DNA of 64,000 nt. Source: Spirochaetaceae bacterium. Lineage in GTDB: Bacteria > Spirochaetota > Spirochaetia > B11-G9. Made by a program: the position numbers and the translations under genes. Under the pieces are notes generated by a model that was given only the letters and a program-made list of their open reading frames with translations, made no database searches and had not been told where the DNA came from. Shown in pieces: positions 37,646-46,610 of the stretch (within the stretch, counting starts at the first letter, position 1; every line of letters starts with the position of its first letter). The stretch is taken from positions 7,718 to 71,717 of the forward strand of contig WGCU01000026.1 of the NCBI GenBank assembly GCA_015493635.1. The letters are read 5' to 3'.

Positions 37646-38758
37646 ATGAAATTCCTGATAATGATTTTTTATGGTATTTCGCTGCTCGCAGCATCTCTTG
37701 CTGCAGATTCTCTTGTTTTAAACCCTGAAAATCTCAAGATTGAACAGAATATAAAAGGCGGGTACGATCTTTGGATACAAGCACTTCCCGGTATCGGTTC
37801 TGTGTTGATAACAGAATCTACAGCAGATCCTGCCAAGAAAACGCCTGCTTTTGCTTTGCGCAGTCCGGTATGGGATCCCGTCAATGGTGATGAGAAACGT
37901 TTTCTGAATGGTAAACTTCTGGAGTCCCAGGGGAAAACCCAGTTTGCATTGATAGATTCAACACCGGAAAAGTTCACTGCTCTGGGAAAGGCTTTTCATA
38001 TATTTATACCCTATGTGGTTGTTTTCGGGTATCCCTGGAGCCGGTCCGGGGAACTTCAGATTCTTGACGGCTCCTGGATAAATATACGTACGTTTCACAA
38101 ACCCTATGCTGATTACTCCGGCGGCTTCCATGATAATCCGTATATCATAAAAGTAATCCAGAAGCCGCTGCCGGGGCCTCCTTCCGGGAATTACATGAAG
38201 GATACGGTTAAGGCGTTTAAAGAAATAGCAAAAGAGGGCAATGGTAAAACGGTTTTCGGTGCGGGTAACGATGATATCATCAACAACATCCGCAGCATTA
38301 TCCGTACGTCGAAAGGAGACTCTCTGGATCTTGTTCTCTGTCTTGATACAACAAAAAGTATGGAGGATGACATCCCCTTTCTCAAAAAATCACTTGTTCC
38401 CATGCTGAAGGAGGAAACGAAAGGTTTTACAAAATTACGGTTTGGTATGGTGCTTTACAAGGATTATTTTGAAACATACCTGACAAAGGTAATACCATTT
38501 CAGCCTTCCCTTAATTCAGCCCAGCATTATCTTGATACAATACGGGTTTCAGGCGGCAGAGATATTCCCGAGGCTGTAAATGAAGCGCTCTATGCTGCGA
38601 TACATTCCTTTGAATGGGAAGCGGAGAACAGAAAAATTATTCTTATTGGTGATGCTCCTCCCCATCCCCGCCCCCGGGGTAAAATTACAAAAGAGATGGT
38701 GTACAACGATGCGCGGGCAGAGGATATAAGGATAAATGCCATTATACTGCCGCAGTAA
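37646..38758 (+). CDS. Exported von Willebrand factor A domain protein
   Basis: Signal peptide; C-terminal DLVLCLDTTKSM (MIDAS-like), GGRDIPEAV, IILIGDAPPH. Confidence 0.8.
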   Translation: MKFLIMIFYGISLLAASLAADSLVLNPENLKIEQNIKGGYDLWIQALPGIGSVLITESTADPAKKTPAFALRSPVWDPVNGDEKRFLNGKLLESQGKTQFALIDSTPEKFTALGKAFHIFIPYVVVFGYPWSRSGELQILDGSWINIRTFHKPYADYSGGFHDNPYIIKVIQKPLPGPPSGNYMKDTVKAFKEIAKEGNGKTVFGAGNDDIINNIRSIIRTSKGDSLDLVLCLDTTKSMEDDIPFLKKSLVPMLKEETKGFTKLRFGMVLYKDYFETYLTKVIPFQPSLNSAQHYLDTIRVSGGRDIPEAVNEALYAAIHSFEWEAENRKIILIGDAPPHPRPRGKITKEMVYNDARAEDIRINAIILPQ

Positions 38759-38766
38759 TTGATGTT

Positions 38767-39162
38767 TTAATGCTTTTCTTTCATTTCTTTCATTTCTTTC
38801 AATATTTTTTGAGAGAGTACTTTCGGCCAGGCAGGAAGCACCTGAGAAGCGTCGGTTGAATATTTATCAAGAATATCTGTAAAAAGGCGGTTCGCTTTTT
38901 TGTAATCATGCTGTTTGTATGCTATAAATGCTATTTCGTAATCAGCTTCAATTCCCTTCTGGATATCATCAGGATACTTTGCAAGAAAGTGGTTATAGTA
39001 GCCAAGCGCGATTTCATAATCGCCCTTGTTTGATGCTTCCTGTGCTTTTTGGAAAAATTCAGCCTTGTTGAGACTGTCATAATTAATTGGTGGTGCACTT
39101 TTACATGCTGATGCAAACAGAATTATCATAATAACTGGTACAAATTTTGTAAAAATTTTCAT
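38767..39162 (-). CDS. Small TPR-like lipoprotein
   Basis: Lipobox FASAC; FQKAQEA...YYNHFL.KYP..ADYEIAF helical repeats. Confidence 0.72.
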   Translation of the reverse strand: MKIFTKFVPVIMIILFASACKSAPPINYDSLNKAEFFQKAQEASNKGDYEIALGYYNHFLAKYPDDIQKGIEADYEIAFIAYKQHDYKKANRLFTDILDKYSTDASQVLPAWPKVLSQKILKEMKEMKEKH

Positions 39163-39181
39163 AGTGCTCCACTCTTGTTCG

Positions 39182-39499
39182 TTAGTTTATTTCCGGATAC
39201 ACTTCATCCCGGACAGGGAGAGATTTTTTTAACTCTTTCATGAATTCCTGAGGATCACCCATAGGCTCATAAGCATCGCAGGAAGAGAGACTCCGCCGCG
39301 CAACAGTAAAGTATTTATAAATCTTTTCTTTCCCCAATTTCTTTTTCCACTTCCCGGCAGTACAACGTACTCTGAGATAATACTGGTTTCCGCCATCCTT
39401 TTTGCTCTTGACGAGTTTACAGTGCTTGCAGTTTGCACAGTAGATTTTTGTTGTGTTGTATTTCCCCTCCACGGCTACATTGGATTCGGCATCAGCCAT
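39182..39499 (-). CDS. Cys-rich basic hypothetical protein
   Basis: CANCKHC..RVRC..C motif; GGGGGA RBS; promoter TTGACG-18-TATTAT. Confidence 0.75.
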   Translation of the reverse strand: MADAESNVAVEGKYNTTKIYCANCKHCKLVKSKKDGGNQYYLRVRCTAGKWKKKLGKEKIYKYFTVARRSLSSCDAYEPMGDPQEFMKELKKSLPVRDEVYPEIN

Positions 39500-39604
39500 A
39501 AAATCCCCCTTTATTAACTAAAGTTATAATACCATGATCGACTTTTTGCCGTCAAGTATTAAGGGTTCTTCACTAATATCCTGATTCCTGATAGGTTAGG
39601 CCCT

Positions 39605-40324
39605 ATGATAGCTGTACTTGTCAATGGTTTTACGGTAATTGCGGGGTCTCTTATAGGGCTTCTTCTCTATAAAAAGATACGCGATGATATTAAAAGAGTT
39701 GTTTATATCTCATCGGGAATGGTCTCGGTCGTTATCGGTATGCAGATGGCGTTTGAGACAAAAAGGATATTGTACGTTGTTATTTCCCTCTTTCTCGGCG
39801 GGGTTGTGGGAACATTGCTTGATATTGAAGGATGGATTCTCTCTTTCGGGCATTTTCTTGAGAAACATTTCTCTAAAAAATCTTCTGATATAGAGGAGGA
39901 GAAAACCTTTGCAAAGGGGTTTTTAAACGCATCGGTACTCTTCTGTGTCGGGGCAATGACTATCCTCGGGGCATTTAAAGCAGGTGCTGAACATAACTAC
40001 GATCTTCTCCTTATGAAATCAGTCATGGACGGCTTTATGGCTATCATGTTTTCTGCGGCAATGGGTATCGGTGTTATGTTTTCAGTTATCACTATCCTCG
40101 TGTATGAGGGAGGACTGACGCTTGCAGCAGCATGGATTGGTCCGGCAATTGGTACAGCCGGACTTGCGGAGATATCGGGTCTTGGAGGAATCCTTGTTAT
40201 CATGATAGGGCTCAATTTGCTCAAGCTGAAAGACATTAAAACGGCAAACTTCCTGCCGGGTCTGATATTTGTTGTGCTTTTTACCCTGGCTGAACCATTG
40301 TTCAGGGGATATCTGCCTCTGTAG
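39605..40324 (+). CDS. DUF554-family membrane protein
   Basis: VNG..V..GS..G N-terminus, ASVLFCVGAMTILG, KSVMDG, ANFLP. Confidence 0.88.
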   Translation: MIAVLVNGFTVIAGSLIGLLLYKKIRDDIKRVVYISSGMVSVVIGMQMAFETKRILYVVISLFLGGVVGTLLDIEGWILSFGHFLEKHFSKKSSDIEEEKTFAKGFLNASVLFCVGAMTILGAFKAGAEHNYDLLLMKSVMDGFMAIMFSAAMGIGVMFSVITILVYEGGLTLAAAWIGPAIGTAGLAEISGLGGILVIMIGLNLLKLKDIKTANFLPGLIFVVLFTLAEPLFRGYLPL

Positions 40325-42785
40325 CATGGGCTATTTTGCATGGCTTGAGATCCCAGATTTCGGCGGCATATTCTTTGATAGTCCTGTCAGATGAGAACTT
40401 GCCTGCGGAAGCAATGTTCAGAATAGCTTTTTTGTTCCATTCCGCTGTATCCGTATATAATTCCCGGGCTTTCCGGTGGGCATCACTGTACGAACGCAGA
40501 TCAGCCAGCAGCATGTAGGTATCTCCTTCATCAAAAAGCATTTTTTTCAGGTCATCAAAAATCCCCGGTTCAGAAAAATTGAAGTAACCTGAAAAGATGA
40601 GATCAAGAGCTGTGTGTATTTCTGAATCTGTACGGTAATATTCTTCGGGGTGATAAACCGGTTTCATTGCCTGTACTTCCTCAGCAGTAAGACCGAAGAT
40701 TATTTCATTCTCTTCACCTGCTTCTTCTATAATCTCAATGGTGGCTCCATCCATTGTACCAAGTGTTAATGCTCCATTGCACATGAATTTCATGTTTCCT
40801 GTACCGGATGCCTCTGTTCCTGCAGTGGATATCTGTTCGGAAATATCCGCTGCGGGAATAATTTTTTCCGCCAGGGAAACCCGGTAATTCGGAATAAAGA
40901 ATACCTTTATTTTATCTTTTACCGTTTTGTCGTTATTAATAATATCAGAAAGATTATTGATAAATTTTATAATAAGTTTTGCCCGTTCGTATCCCGGTGC
41001 CGCTTTCCCGCCAAAGAGAAAGGTAACCGGTGTAAAGGTATCAGGATTGCCGTTTTTTATTCTTGTGTACAGCATGACGATATGGAGCGCATTGAGAAGC
41101 TGCCTTTTGTATTCATGAATCCGTTTTATCTGGACATCAATAAGAGATTCTGTATTCAGTTGAATGCCGTATTCACGTAAAAGTGCGTCTGCGAGACGTT
41201 TTTTCGCTTTTTTCTTGACTTCCGCAAATTTATTTTGAAAATCGGAGTTCTCTGCAAAGGGTTTTAATTTTGTAAGGTCATAGAAATTGGTAATCCACCT
41301 ATCACCAATTGTATCAGAGATGAGTGCTGCCAGGGGCGGATTTGCATGAAGGAGCCATCTTCTCTGGGTTATCCCGTTTGTTTTACTGTTGAAGCGTTCC
41401 GGGAAAAGTTCGGCGAATTCAGGTACAAGCTTTGTTTTTAAAAGTTCTGTATGGAGGGCGGCAACACCGTTGGTTGAGTGTGATCCCGTTATGGCGAGGT
41501 TTGCCATACGTATCTGCTTTGGGCTGCTTTCTTCTATGATACTTGCCTTTTGAATCTTGGAAATATTACCGGAGAAGAGTGTTAATGCCTGTTTGATAAA
41601 ACGGCTGTTTATTTCAAAGATAATCTGCAGATGCCGGGGAAGGAGTTTCTCCATCATGGGAACCGGCCATTTTTCCAGGGCTTCAGGCATAAGGGTGTGG
41701 TTGGTGTAGCCCATTACCTTTACGGTGATATCCCACGCATCATCCCAGGTGAGGCCTTCGGTATCAATTAAAAGTCTCATGAGCTCAGGGATTGCTATTG
41801 AAGGATGGGTATCGTTCAGCTGAATTGCTGCGTAATCGGGTAGTGATACCCAAGGTTTACCAAGTTTTTTGAATTTACGCAGGATGTCATGAAGAGAACA
41901 GGCGACAAAGAAATACTGCTGCTTTAAGCGGAGCTCTTTTCCAAGGTAAAGTTTATCATTGGGATAGAGTACTTTTGTTATATTCTCCGCCTGAACCTTG
42001 TCTTTTACCGCATCAACATAGTCTCCGCGGTTGAAATCGCTGAAATCAAACTCTTCATGGGCTTTGGCGCTCCATAGACGGAGGGTGTTTATGGTACTGC
42101 CGCCGTAGCCGACGATGGGCGTATCATAGGCAAGGCCGATGACCTGTTCGGTGTTAATCCATCGGTACTTTATTTTACCCCCTTCCCGGAAACTTTCAAC
42201 TCTCCCTCCGAATGAGACAGGAACCTTGACATCTGGCCGCTCAATTTCCCAGGGGTTCCCGTTCCGTAACCAGTCATCTGGCTGCTCCATCTGATACCCG
42301 TTTTCTATTTTCTGCTTGAATATTCCGTAGTCATAGCGTATTCCGTATCCGTAAGCCGGATAATCAAGAGTTGCCAGAGAGTCAAGAAAACAGGCGGCAA
42401 GTCTTCCCAGTCCGCCGTTACCCAGTCCCGCGTCTGTTTCAAGTTCTTCGAGCTCTTCCAGTGAGTAGCCCATTTCCTCCATGGCTTTCTTTATTTCCCC
42501 TTCAATATTCAGATTAATGGCATTGTTGCCCATGGCTCTTCCCATAAGGAACTCCAGGGAAAGATAATAAACGCGTTTTACCTCTTTGTTGTAATGAGTC
42601 TGGAGGGTTGTCGTCCACCGGTCTATTACCCGGTCACGGATTGTATAGGCCAGGGCCATAAAAAGATCATTCTTTGTTGTTGTATATTCGTCAACGCCGA
42701 GTGTGTACCTCAGATGTTCGTTGAAACCTTGTCCTATTGAAGCAGCATCTCTTCCGCTGCGGCTGTTGTATGTTTCTCCGTTCAA
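40302..42785 (-). CDS. glgP: Glycogen/starch phosphorylase
   Basis: GLGNGGLGRLAACFLDS, QLNDTHP, KRIHEYKRQ, EASGTGNMKF (PLP lysine). TTG start with AGGAG RBS. Confidence 0.95.
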   Translation of the reverse strand: MNGETYNSRSGRDAASIGQGFNEHLRYTLGVDEYTTTKNDLFMALAYTIRDRVIDRWTTTLQTHYNKEVKRVYYLSLEFLMGRAMGNNAINLNIEGEIKKAMEEMGYSLEELEELETDAGLGNGGLGRLAACFLDSLATLDYPAYGYGIRYDYGIFKQKIENGYQMEQPDDWLRNGNPWEIERPDVKVPVSFGGRVESFREGGKIKYRWINTEQVIGLAYDTPIVGYGGSTINTLRLWSAKAHEEFDFSDFNRGDYVDAVKDKVQAENITKVLYPNDKLYLGKELRLKQQYFFVACSLHDILRKFKKLGKPWVSLPDYAAIQLNDTHPSIAIPELMRLLIDTEGLTWDDAWDITVKVMGYTNHTLMPEALEKWPVPMMEKLLPRHLQIIFEINSRFIKQALTLFSGNISKIQKASIIEESSPKQIRMANLAITGSHSTNGVAALHTELLKTKLVPEFAELFPERFNSKTNGITQRRWLLHANPPLAALISDTIGDRWITNFYDLTKLKPFAENSDFQNKFAEVKKKAKKRLADALLREYGIQLNTESLIDVQIKRIHEYKRQLLNALHIVMLYTRIKNGNPDTFTPVTFLFGGKAAPGYERAKLIIKFINNLSDIINNDKTVKDKIKVFFIPNYRVSLAEKIIPAADISEQISTAGTEASGTGNMKFMCNGALTLGTMDGATIEIIEEAGEENEIIFGLTAEEVQAMKPVYHPEEYYRTDSEIHTALDLIFSGYFNFSEPGIFDDLKKMLFDEGDTYMLLADLRSYSDAHRKARELYTDTAEWNKKAILNIASAGKFSSDRTIKEYAAEIWDLKPCKIAHATEADIP

Positions 42786-42915
42786 AATATACTCCTTTTC
42801 ATTTTCCTACTATATCTGAAGTTTTTCTTATATGCCATAGAGAACAATGATAATAATGTGGAAGTTCTATTGACAAAAGAGAGTAACTTTGCTATTTTTG
42901 GCAGACTCTGACCAT

Positions 42916-42988
42916 GCCCTTGTAGCTCAGTCGGTAGAGCACCTCCATGGTAAGGAGGGGGTAGTCGGTTCAAATCCGACCGAGGGCT
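42916..42988 (+). tRNA. tRNA-Thr (GGT)
   Basis: GCCCTTG/CGAGGGC acceptor, CCTCC-ATGGTAA-GGAGG anticodon arm, TTCAAAT T-loop. Promoter TTGACA-17-TATTTT at 42870-98. Confidence 0.95.
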
Positions 42989-43107
42989 TTTTGTGATCGA
43001 CTGTTGACATTGTACCCTGCTTTGATTTAGTCTGTAATTCATTTTGGTTATCCGGGAAGAAAGGCAAAAGAGGGTATGCTTCTTATTAATTAAGGGAGTT
43101 TATAGAT

Positions 43108-43284
43108 ATGGCGAGTAAGAAAAAGGGTGCTGTAGAGAAGATAGCACTTAAATGTACGGAATGTAACAGAAGGAATTATACGACTCAAAAGAATAGACGG
43201 AATATGCAGGGGAAACTTGAGCTTATGAAGTATTGTAAATGGGACAAGAAACATACGCTGCACAAAGAAAGTAAGATTAAATAA
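43108..43284 (+). CDS. rpmG: 50S ribosomal protein L33
   Basis: 58 aa, not in the ORF track: [58 protein letters not shown]. Confidence 0.95.
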   Translation: MASKKKGAVEKIALKCTECNRRNYTTQKNRRNMQGKLELMKYCKWDKKHTLHKESKIK

Positions 43285-43294
43285 TAAAACACAC

Positions 43295-43368
43295 AGGCCA
43301 GTAGCTCCAACGGCTAGAGCGCCGGTCTCCAAAACCGGATGTTGTAGGTTCGAATCCTACCTGGCCTG
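43295..43368 (+). tRNA. tRNA-Trp (CCA)
   Basis: AGGCCAG/CTGGCCT acceptor, CCGGT-CTCCAAA-ACCGG anticodon arm; canonical position between rpmG and secE. Confidence 0.95.
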
Positions 43369-43395
43369 TTATTTTATAAAGAGGACTAAAAGAGC

Positions 43396-43575
43396 ATGAA
43401 AAAAATTATGCAGTTCTTCAAAGAGAGTTATGCTGAACTTAAACGTGTTGTCTGGCCGAGTAGGGAGTATGTTGCTTCTTCAACGAAGGTGGTTATCATT
43501 TCTATAGTCCTTTTTGCCGTGGCTCTGGGGTTTGTAGATTTTATTCTTCTGAAAGGGATGGATTTGATATTTTAA
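43396..43575 (+). CDS. secE: Preprotein translocase subunit SecE
   Basis: 59 aa, not in the ORF track; ELKRVVWPS plus a single TM. Confidence 0.93.
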   Translation: MKKIMQFFKESYAELKRVVWPSREYVASSTKVVIISIVLFAVALGFVDFILLKGMDLIF

Positions 43576-43629
43576 GCATCATAGCCTTTAAAAAAAGCTG
43601 CGCTTATAAAGCGGTAATGTGAGGGAAGA

Positions 43630-44184
43630 ATGGCAAAAGGTTGGTATGTTCTCCATACTTACTCTGGTTATGAGAACAAAATAGAAAAGTTTATCAGAAA
43701 ATTGATGGAAGAGTCTCCCTATGCGGAGACTGTTTTTGATGTTAAAGTCCCTGCGGAAGAAGTTGTTGAAATTAGAGACGGGAAACGAAAAGTTATTAAC
43801 CGTAAGTTTCTGCCGGGATATATGCTTCTTGAAATGGATCTTCCTGCTCACGGTTGGAAAGCTGTCTGTGGAGGAATACGGAAAATTCAGGGGGTAACCG
43901 GCTTTGTAGGGAGTTTGGGCGGCGCAAAGCCTAATCCTATTTCAGCTGAAGAAGCCCGGGGAATTCTGCAGAAAACCGGTGAAATAAAAGCAGACAGAGT
44001 AGTGAAGCCGACTCTTGATTTTGATATTGGGGAAACGGTTCGTATCGTGGAAGGTCCTTTTGATACCTTTACCGGTACAATAGAGGATATCAATACTGAA
44101 AAAGGCAAGCTCAGGGTGATGGTCGGTATATTCGGCCGTGCAACACCGGTAGAGGTTGGATTTTTACAGGTTGAAAAGATATAA
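43630..44184 (+). CDS. nusG: Transcription termination/antitermination factor NusG
   Basis: WYVLHTYSGYENK, PGY, KOW GPF, IFGRATPVE. Confidence 0.97.
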   Translation: MAKGWYVLHTYSGYENKIEKFIRKLMEESPYAETVFDVKVPAEEVVEIRDGKRKVINRKFLPGYMLLEMDLPAHGWKAVCGGIRKIQGVTGFVGSLGGAKPNPISAEEARGILQKTGEIKADRVVKPTLDFDIGETVRIVEGPFDTFTGTIEDINTEKGKLRVMVGIFGRATPVEVGFLQVEKI

Positions 44185-44200
44185 CCCTTCGTTGAAAGGG

Positions 44201-44238
44201 TGATGGGAGCCTGTTTTTTTTAAGCAGGCGAATACCAC
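44201..44238 (+). promoter_or_regulatory. Probable L1-binding autoregulatory leader of rplK-rplA
   Basis: TGGGAG-[CCTGTTT/AAGCAGG stem]-CGAAT-ACCAC directly upstream of the rplK RBS. Confidence 0.6.
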
Positions 44239-44250
44239 AAGGAGAATTAA

Positions 44251-44682
44251 ATGGCAAAGAAAAAGGTTACTGCAATTATTAAGTTGCAGGTTCCTGCGCA
44301 AAAGGCAACACCGGCTCCTCCGGTAGGACCTGCTCTTGGTCCTCATGGGGTAAGTGCTCCGCAGTTTGTTCAGCAGTTTAATGACCGGACAAAGAATGTC
44401 GAAGCGGGAATGACAGTGCCTGTTGTAATTACTGTGTATGCTGACAGAAGTTTCTCGTTTATAACGAAAACCCCTCCGGCTGCAGTGCTTATTAAAAAGG
44501 CGTGCGGGATTTCAAGCGGATCGGCGGAACCGCATAAAGTTAAGGTGGCTAAAATCGCAAAGAGCAAGCTTAAAGAGATAGCTGAGCTTAAAATGGAAGA
44601 TTTGAATGCAAATGATATTGACGCGGCAATGAAGATTATTGCCGGAACGGCCCGTAGTATGGGCGTTGAAGTGGAGGCTTAA
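44251..44682 (+). CDS. rplK: 50S ribosomal protein L11
   Basis: [19 protein letters not shown]. Confidence 0.97.
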   Translation: MAKKKVTAIIKLQVPAQKATPAPPVGPALGPHGVSAPQFVQQFNDRTKNVEAGMTVPVVITVYADRSFSFITKTPPAAVLIKKACGISSGSAEPHKVKVAKIAKSKLKEIAELKMEDLNANDIDAAMKIIAGTARSMGVEVEA

Positions 44683-44685
44683 GTC

Positions 44686-45375
44686 ATGAAGCATGGTAAA
44701 AAATATCAGGAAGCATTAACAAAATACAATAAGCAGGACATGTTTCCGCTTGTAGATGCCCTTGCAAGGGTAAAAGAGGTAGCATTTGCAAAGTTTGATG
44801 AGACGGTTGAGCTTTCCATTAAATTGAATCTTAAAAAGAGTCAGAGTGTGCGTGATACCGTTGTTCTTCCTCATCAGTTCAGCAGTGAAAAGAAGATTCT
44901 TGTTTTCGCTAAGGGAGACAAGGTGCAGGAAGCCAAGGATGCCGGGGCTACGTACGTCGGTGATGTTGATCTTGTTGAAAAAATTAAAGGCGGATGGCTA
45001 GATTTCGATGTTGCTGTTGCTACTCCGGATATGATGAAAGATGTGGGGCGTCTTGGACCTATTCTGGGAAGGAGAGGGCTTATGCCTAATCCTAAGACCC
45101 GTACTGTTACGATGGATATAAAGGGTGCTCTTGCTGAGTTAAAAAAGGGACGGGTTGAATACCGCTCTGATAAAACAGGTGTTGTTCATTTTGCTGTCGG
45201 AAAGGTTTCTATGGATGCAGAAAAAATGGCTGAAAATGCTCAGCTTATATTGTCTGAAGTGGAACGGAAACGGCCGTCTGATGCCAAAGGTGATTTTATT
45301 AAAACTGTTGCACTTTCTTCTACTATGGGGCCTGGTGTAAAAGTTGATATTCGTGAAAAGCTTCAGAGTAAGTAA
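44686..45375 (+). CDS. rplA: 50S ribosomal protein L1
   Basis: [26 protein letters not shown]. Confidence 0.97.
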   Translation: MKHGKKYQEALTKYNKQDMFPLVDALARVKEVAFAKFDETVELSIKLNLKKSQSVRDTVVLPHQFSSEKKILVFAKGDKVQEAKDAGATYVGDVDLVEKIKGGWLDFDVAVATPDMMKDVGRLGPILGRRGLMPNPKTRTVTMDIKGALAELKKGRVEYRSDKTGVVHFAVGKVSMDAEKMAENAQLILSEVERKRPSDAKGDFIKTVALSSTMGPGVKVDIREKLQSK

Positions 45376-45388
45376 AGGAGAAGGATGA

Positions 45389-45925
45389 ATGTCGGATTAT
45401 CAGGTAAAAATACAGGACCATAAGGTAAAAGCTATCGAGTCAATTAAAGGTGATTTTTCCAATGTGAAGGATTTTATCTTTACAGACTACAGAGGGCTAA
45501 CCGTAGCGCAGATTACTGAACTGAGAAATAATCTCAGAAAGGAAAATGCGATATATAAGGTAATAAAAAACCGTTTTGCAAAAATTGCTCTCAAAGAGCT
45601 TAATCAGCCAGCAGTGGATGAGCATCTTACCGGCCCGACTGCAGTGGCTCTTTCTACGGAAGAAGCAGGTCCGGTGGCAAAGGCACTTGTAGCTTTTGCT
45701 AAAAACGGTGTTTTGAAAATCAAGGGTGGAATTATTGACGGGAATGTGTTCGATGCCGAACAGATGGTTGCCTTTAGTAAACTGCCTACAAAACCAGAGC
45801 TTATTGCGAAACTTATGGGTACGATGAAAGCTCCCGTACAGAATATGGTTTATATTCTGCATGGAGTACCCCAGAAGCTTGTACGTACATTACAGGCTGT
45901 TGCGGATAAAAAAGCCGCTGAATAG
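45389..45925 (+). CDS. rplJ: 50S ribosomal protein L10
   Basis: DYRGLTV, KN, GPTA, LPT; operon position. Confidence 0.95.
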   Translation: MSDYQVKIQDHKVKAIESIKGDFSNVKDFIFTDYRGLTVAQITELRNNLRKENAIYKVIKNRFAKIALKELNQPAVDEHLTGPTAVALSTEEAGPVAKALVAFAKNGVLKIKGGIIDGNVFDAEQMVAFSKLPTKPELIAKLMGTMKAPVQNMVYILHGVPQKLVRTLQAVADKKAAE

Positions 45926-46046
45926 TAAAGTAATTTTCCGGTAGGAAAGTTTCGGGCGGTATGTAAGCGCCCTATAAAAATTTAAAGCAGCGTTAGTCTT
46001 CTAAAAGAGGTAGCATGCTATCGCTGTTTACCAAGGAGAAGTTAAT

Positions 46047-46430
46047 ATGGCTACATTATCAAAAGATGAGATTCTGGAAGCAATTGCAAACATGACGGTT
46101 CTTGAGGTATCGGAACTTATTTCAGCGATGGAAGAGAAGTTTGGCGTTACTGCTGCTGCTCCTGTTGCTGTGGCAGCTGCCGGAGCGGCACCTGCAGCTG
46201 AAGAGGTGGAAGAGCAGACTGAGTTTGATGTTATCCTGAAGGGGATTGCAGACGGGAAAAAGATTCCTGTTATCAAAGAAGTCCGGGCGATAACCGGTCT
46301 TGGTTTGAAAGAAGCAAAGGAAATTGTTGAAGCAGGCGGTAAGGCAATAAAAGAAGGTGTTTCCAAGGAAGAGGCAAAAACTCTTAAGGAAAAACTTGAA
46401 GCAGCCGGCGCAGTAGTTGAACTTAAATAG
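46047..46430 (+). CDS. rplL: 50S ribosomal protein L7/L12
   Basis: [24 protein letters not shown]. Confidence 0.97.
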   Translation: MATLSKDEILEAIANMTVLEVSELISAMEEKFGVTAAAPVAVAAAGAAPAAEEVEEQTEFDVILKGIADGKKIPVIKEVRAITGLGLKEAKEIVEAGGKAIKEGVSKEEAKTLKEKLEAAGAVVELK

Positions 46431-46467
46431 TGCTGTAAGGATTATTAATATCAAAAGACTCAATATG

Positions 46468-46503
46468 CCACCGGAATCTGGTTCCGGTGGTCTTCTGTAT
46501 TTT
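46468..46503 (+). terminator. rplL-rpoB attenuator-like stem-loop
   Basis: CCACCGGAA/TTCCGGTGG followed by a U-rich tail. Confidence 0.6.
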
Positions 46504-46610
46504 CCGTGTATTCAGAACCAGTCAGATTGTTCTGAGTATGCGGAAAAATTATCAGCTACATATAATCATCATGAAACCATGGTGTTATCTTCTTTTTCAG
46601 GGGGTTGGTG

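Noticed and set aside
38779-38801. 9-bp tandem repeat TTTCATTTC (about 2.5 copies)
   Set aside because: A short in-frame KEM repeat at the lipoprotein C-terminus, too short to suggest phase variation.
42916-42988. Purine (A) at position 32 of tRNA-Thr(GGT)
   Set aside because: This occurs in other bacterial tRNA-Thr(GGU) genes and is not a defect.
42782-43332. Minus-strand ORFs 42782-43042 and 43090-43332
   Set aside because: They are antisense to tRNA-Thr, rpmG and tRNA-Trp.
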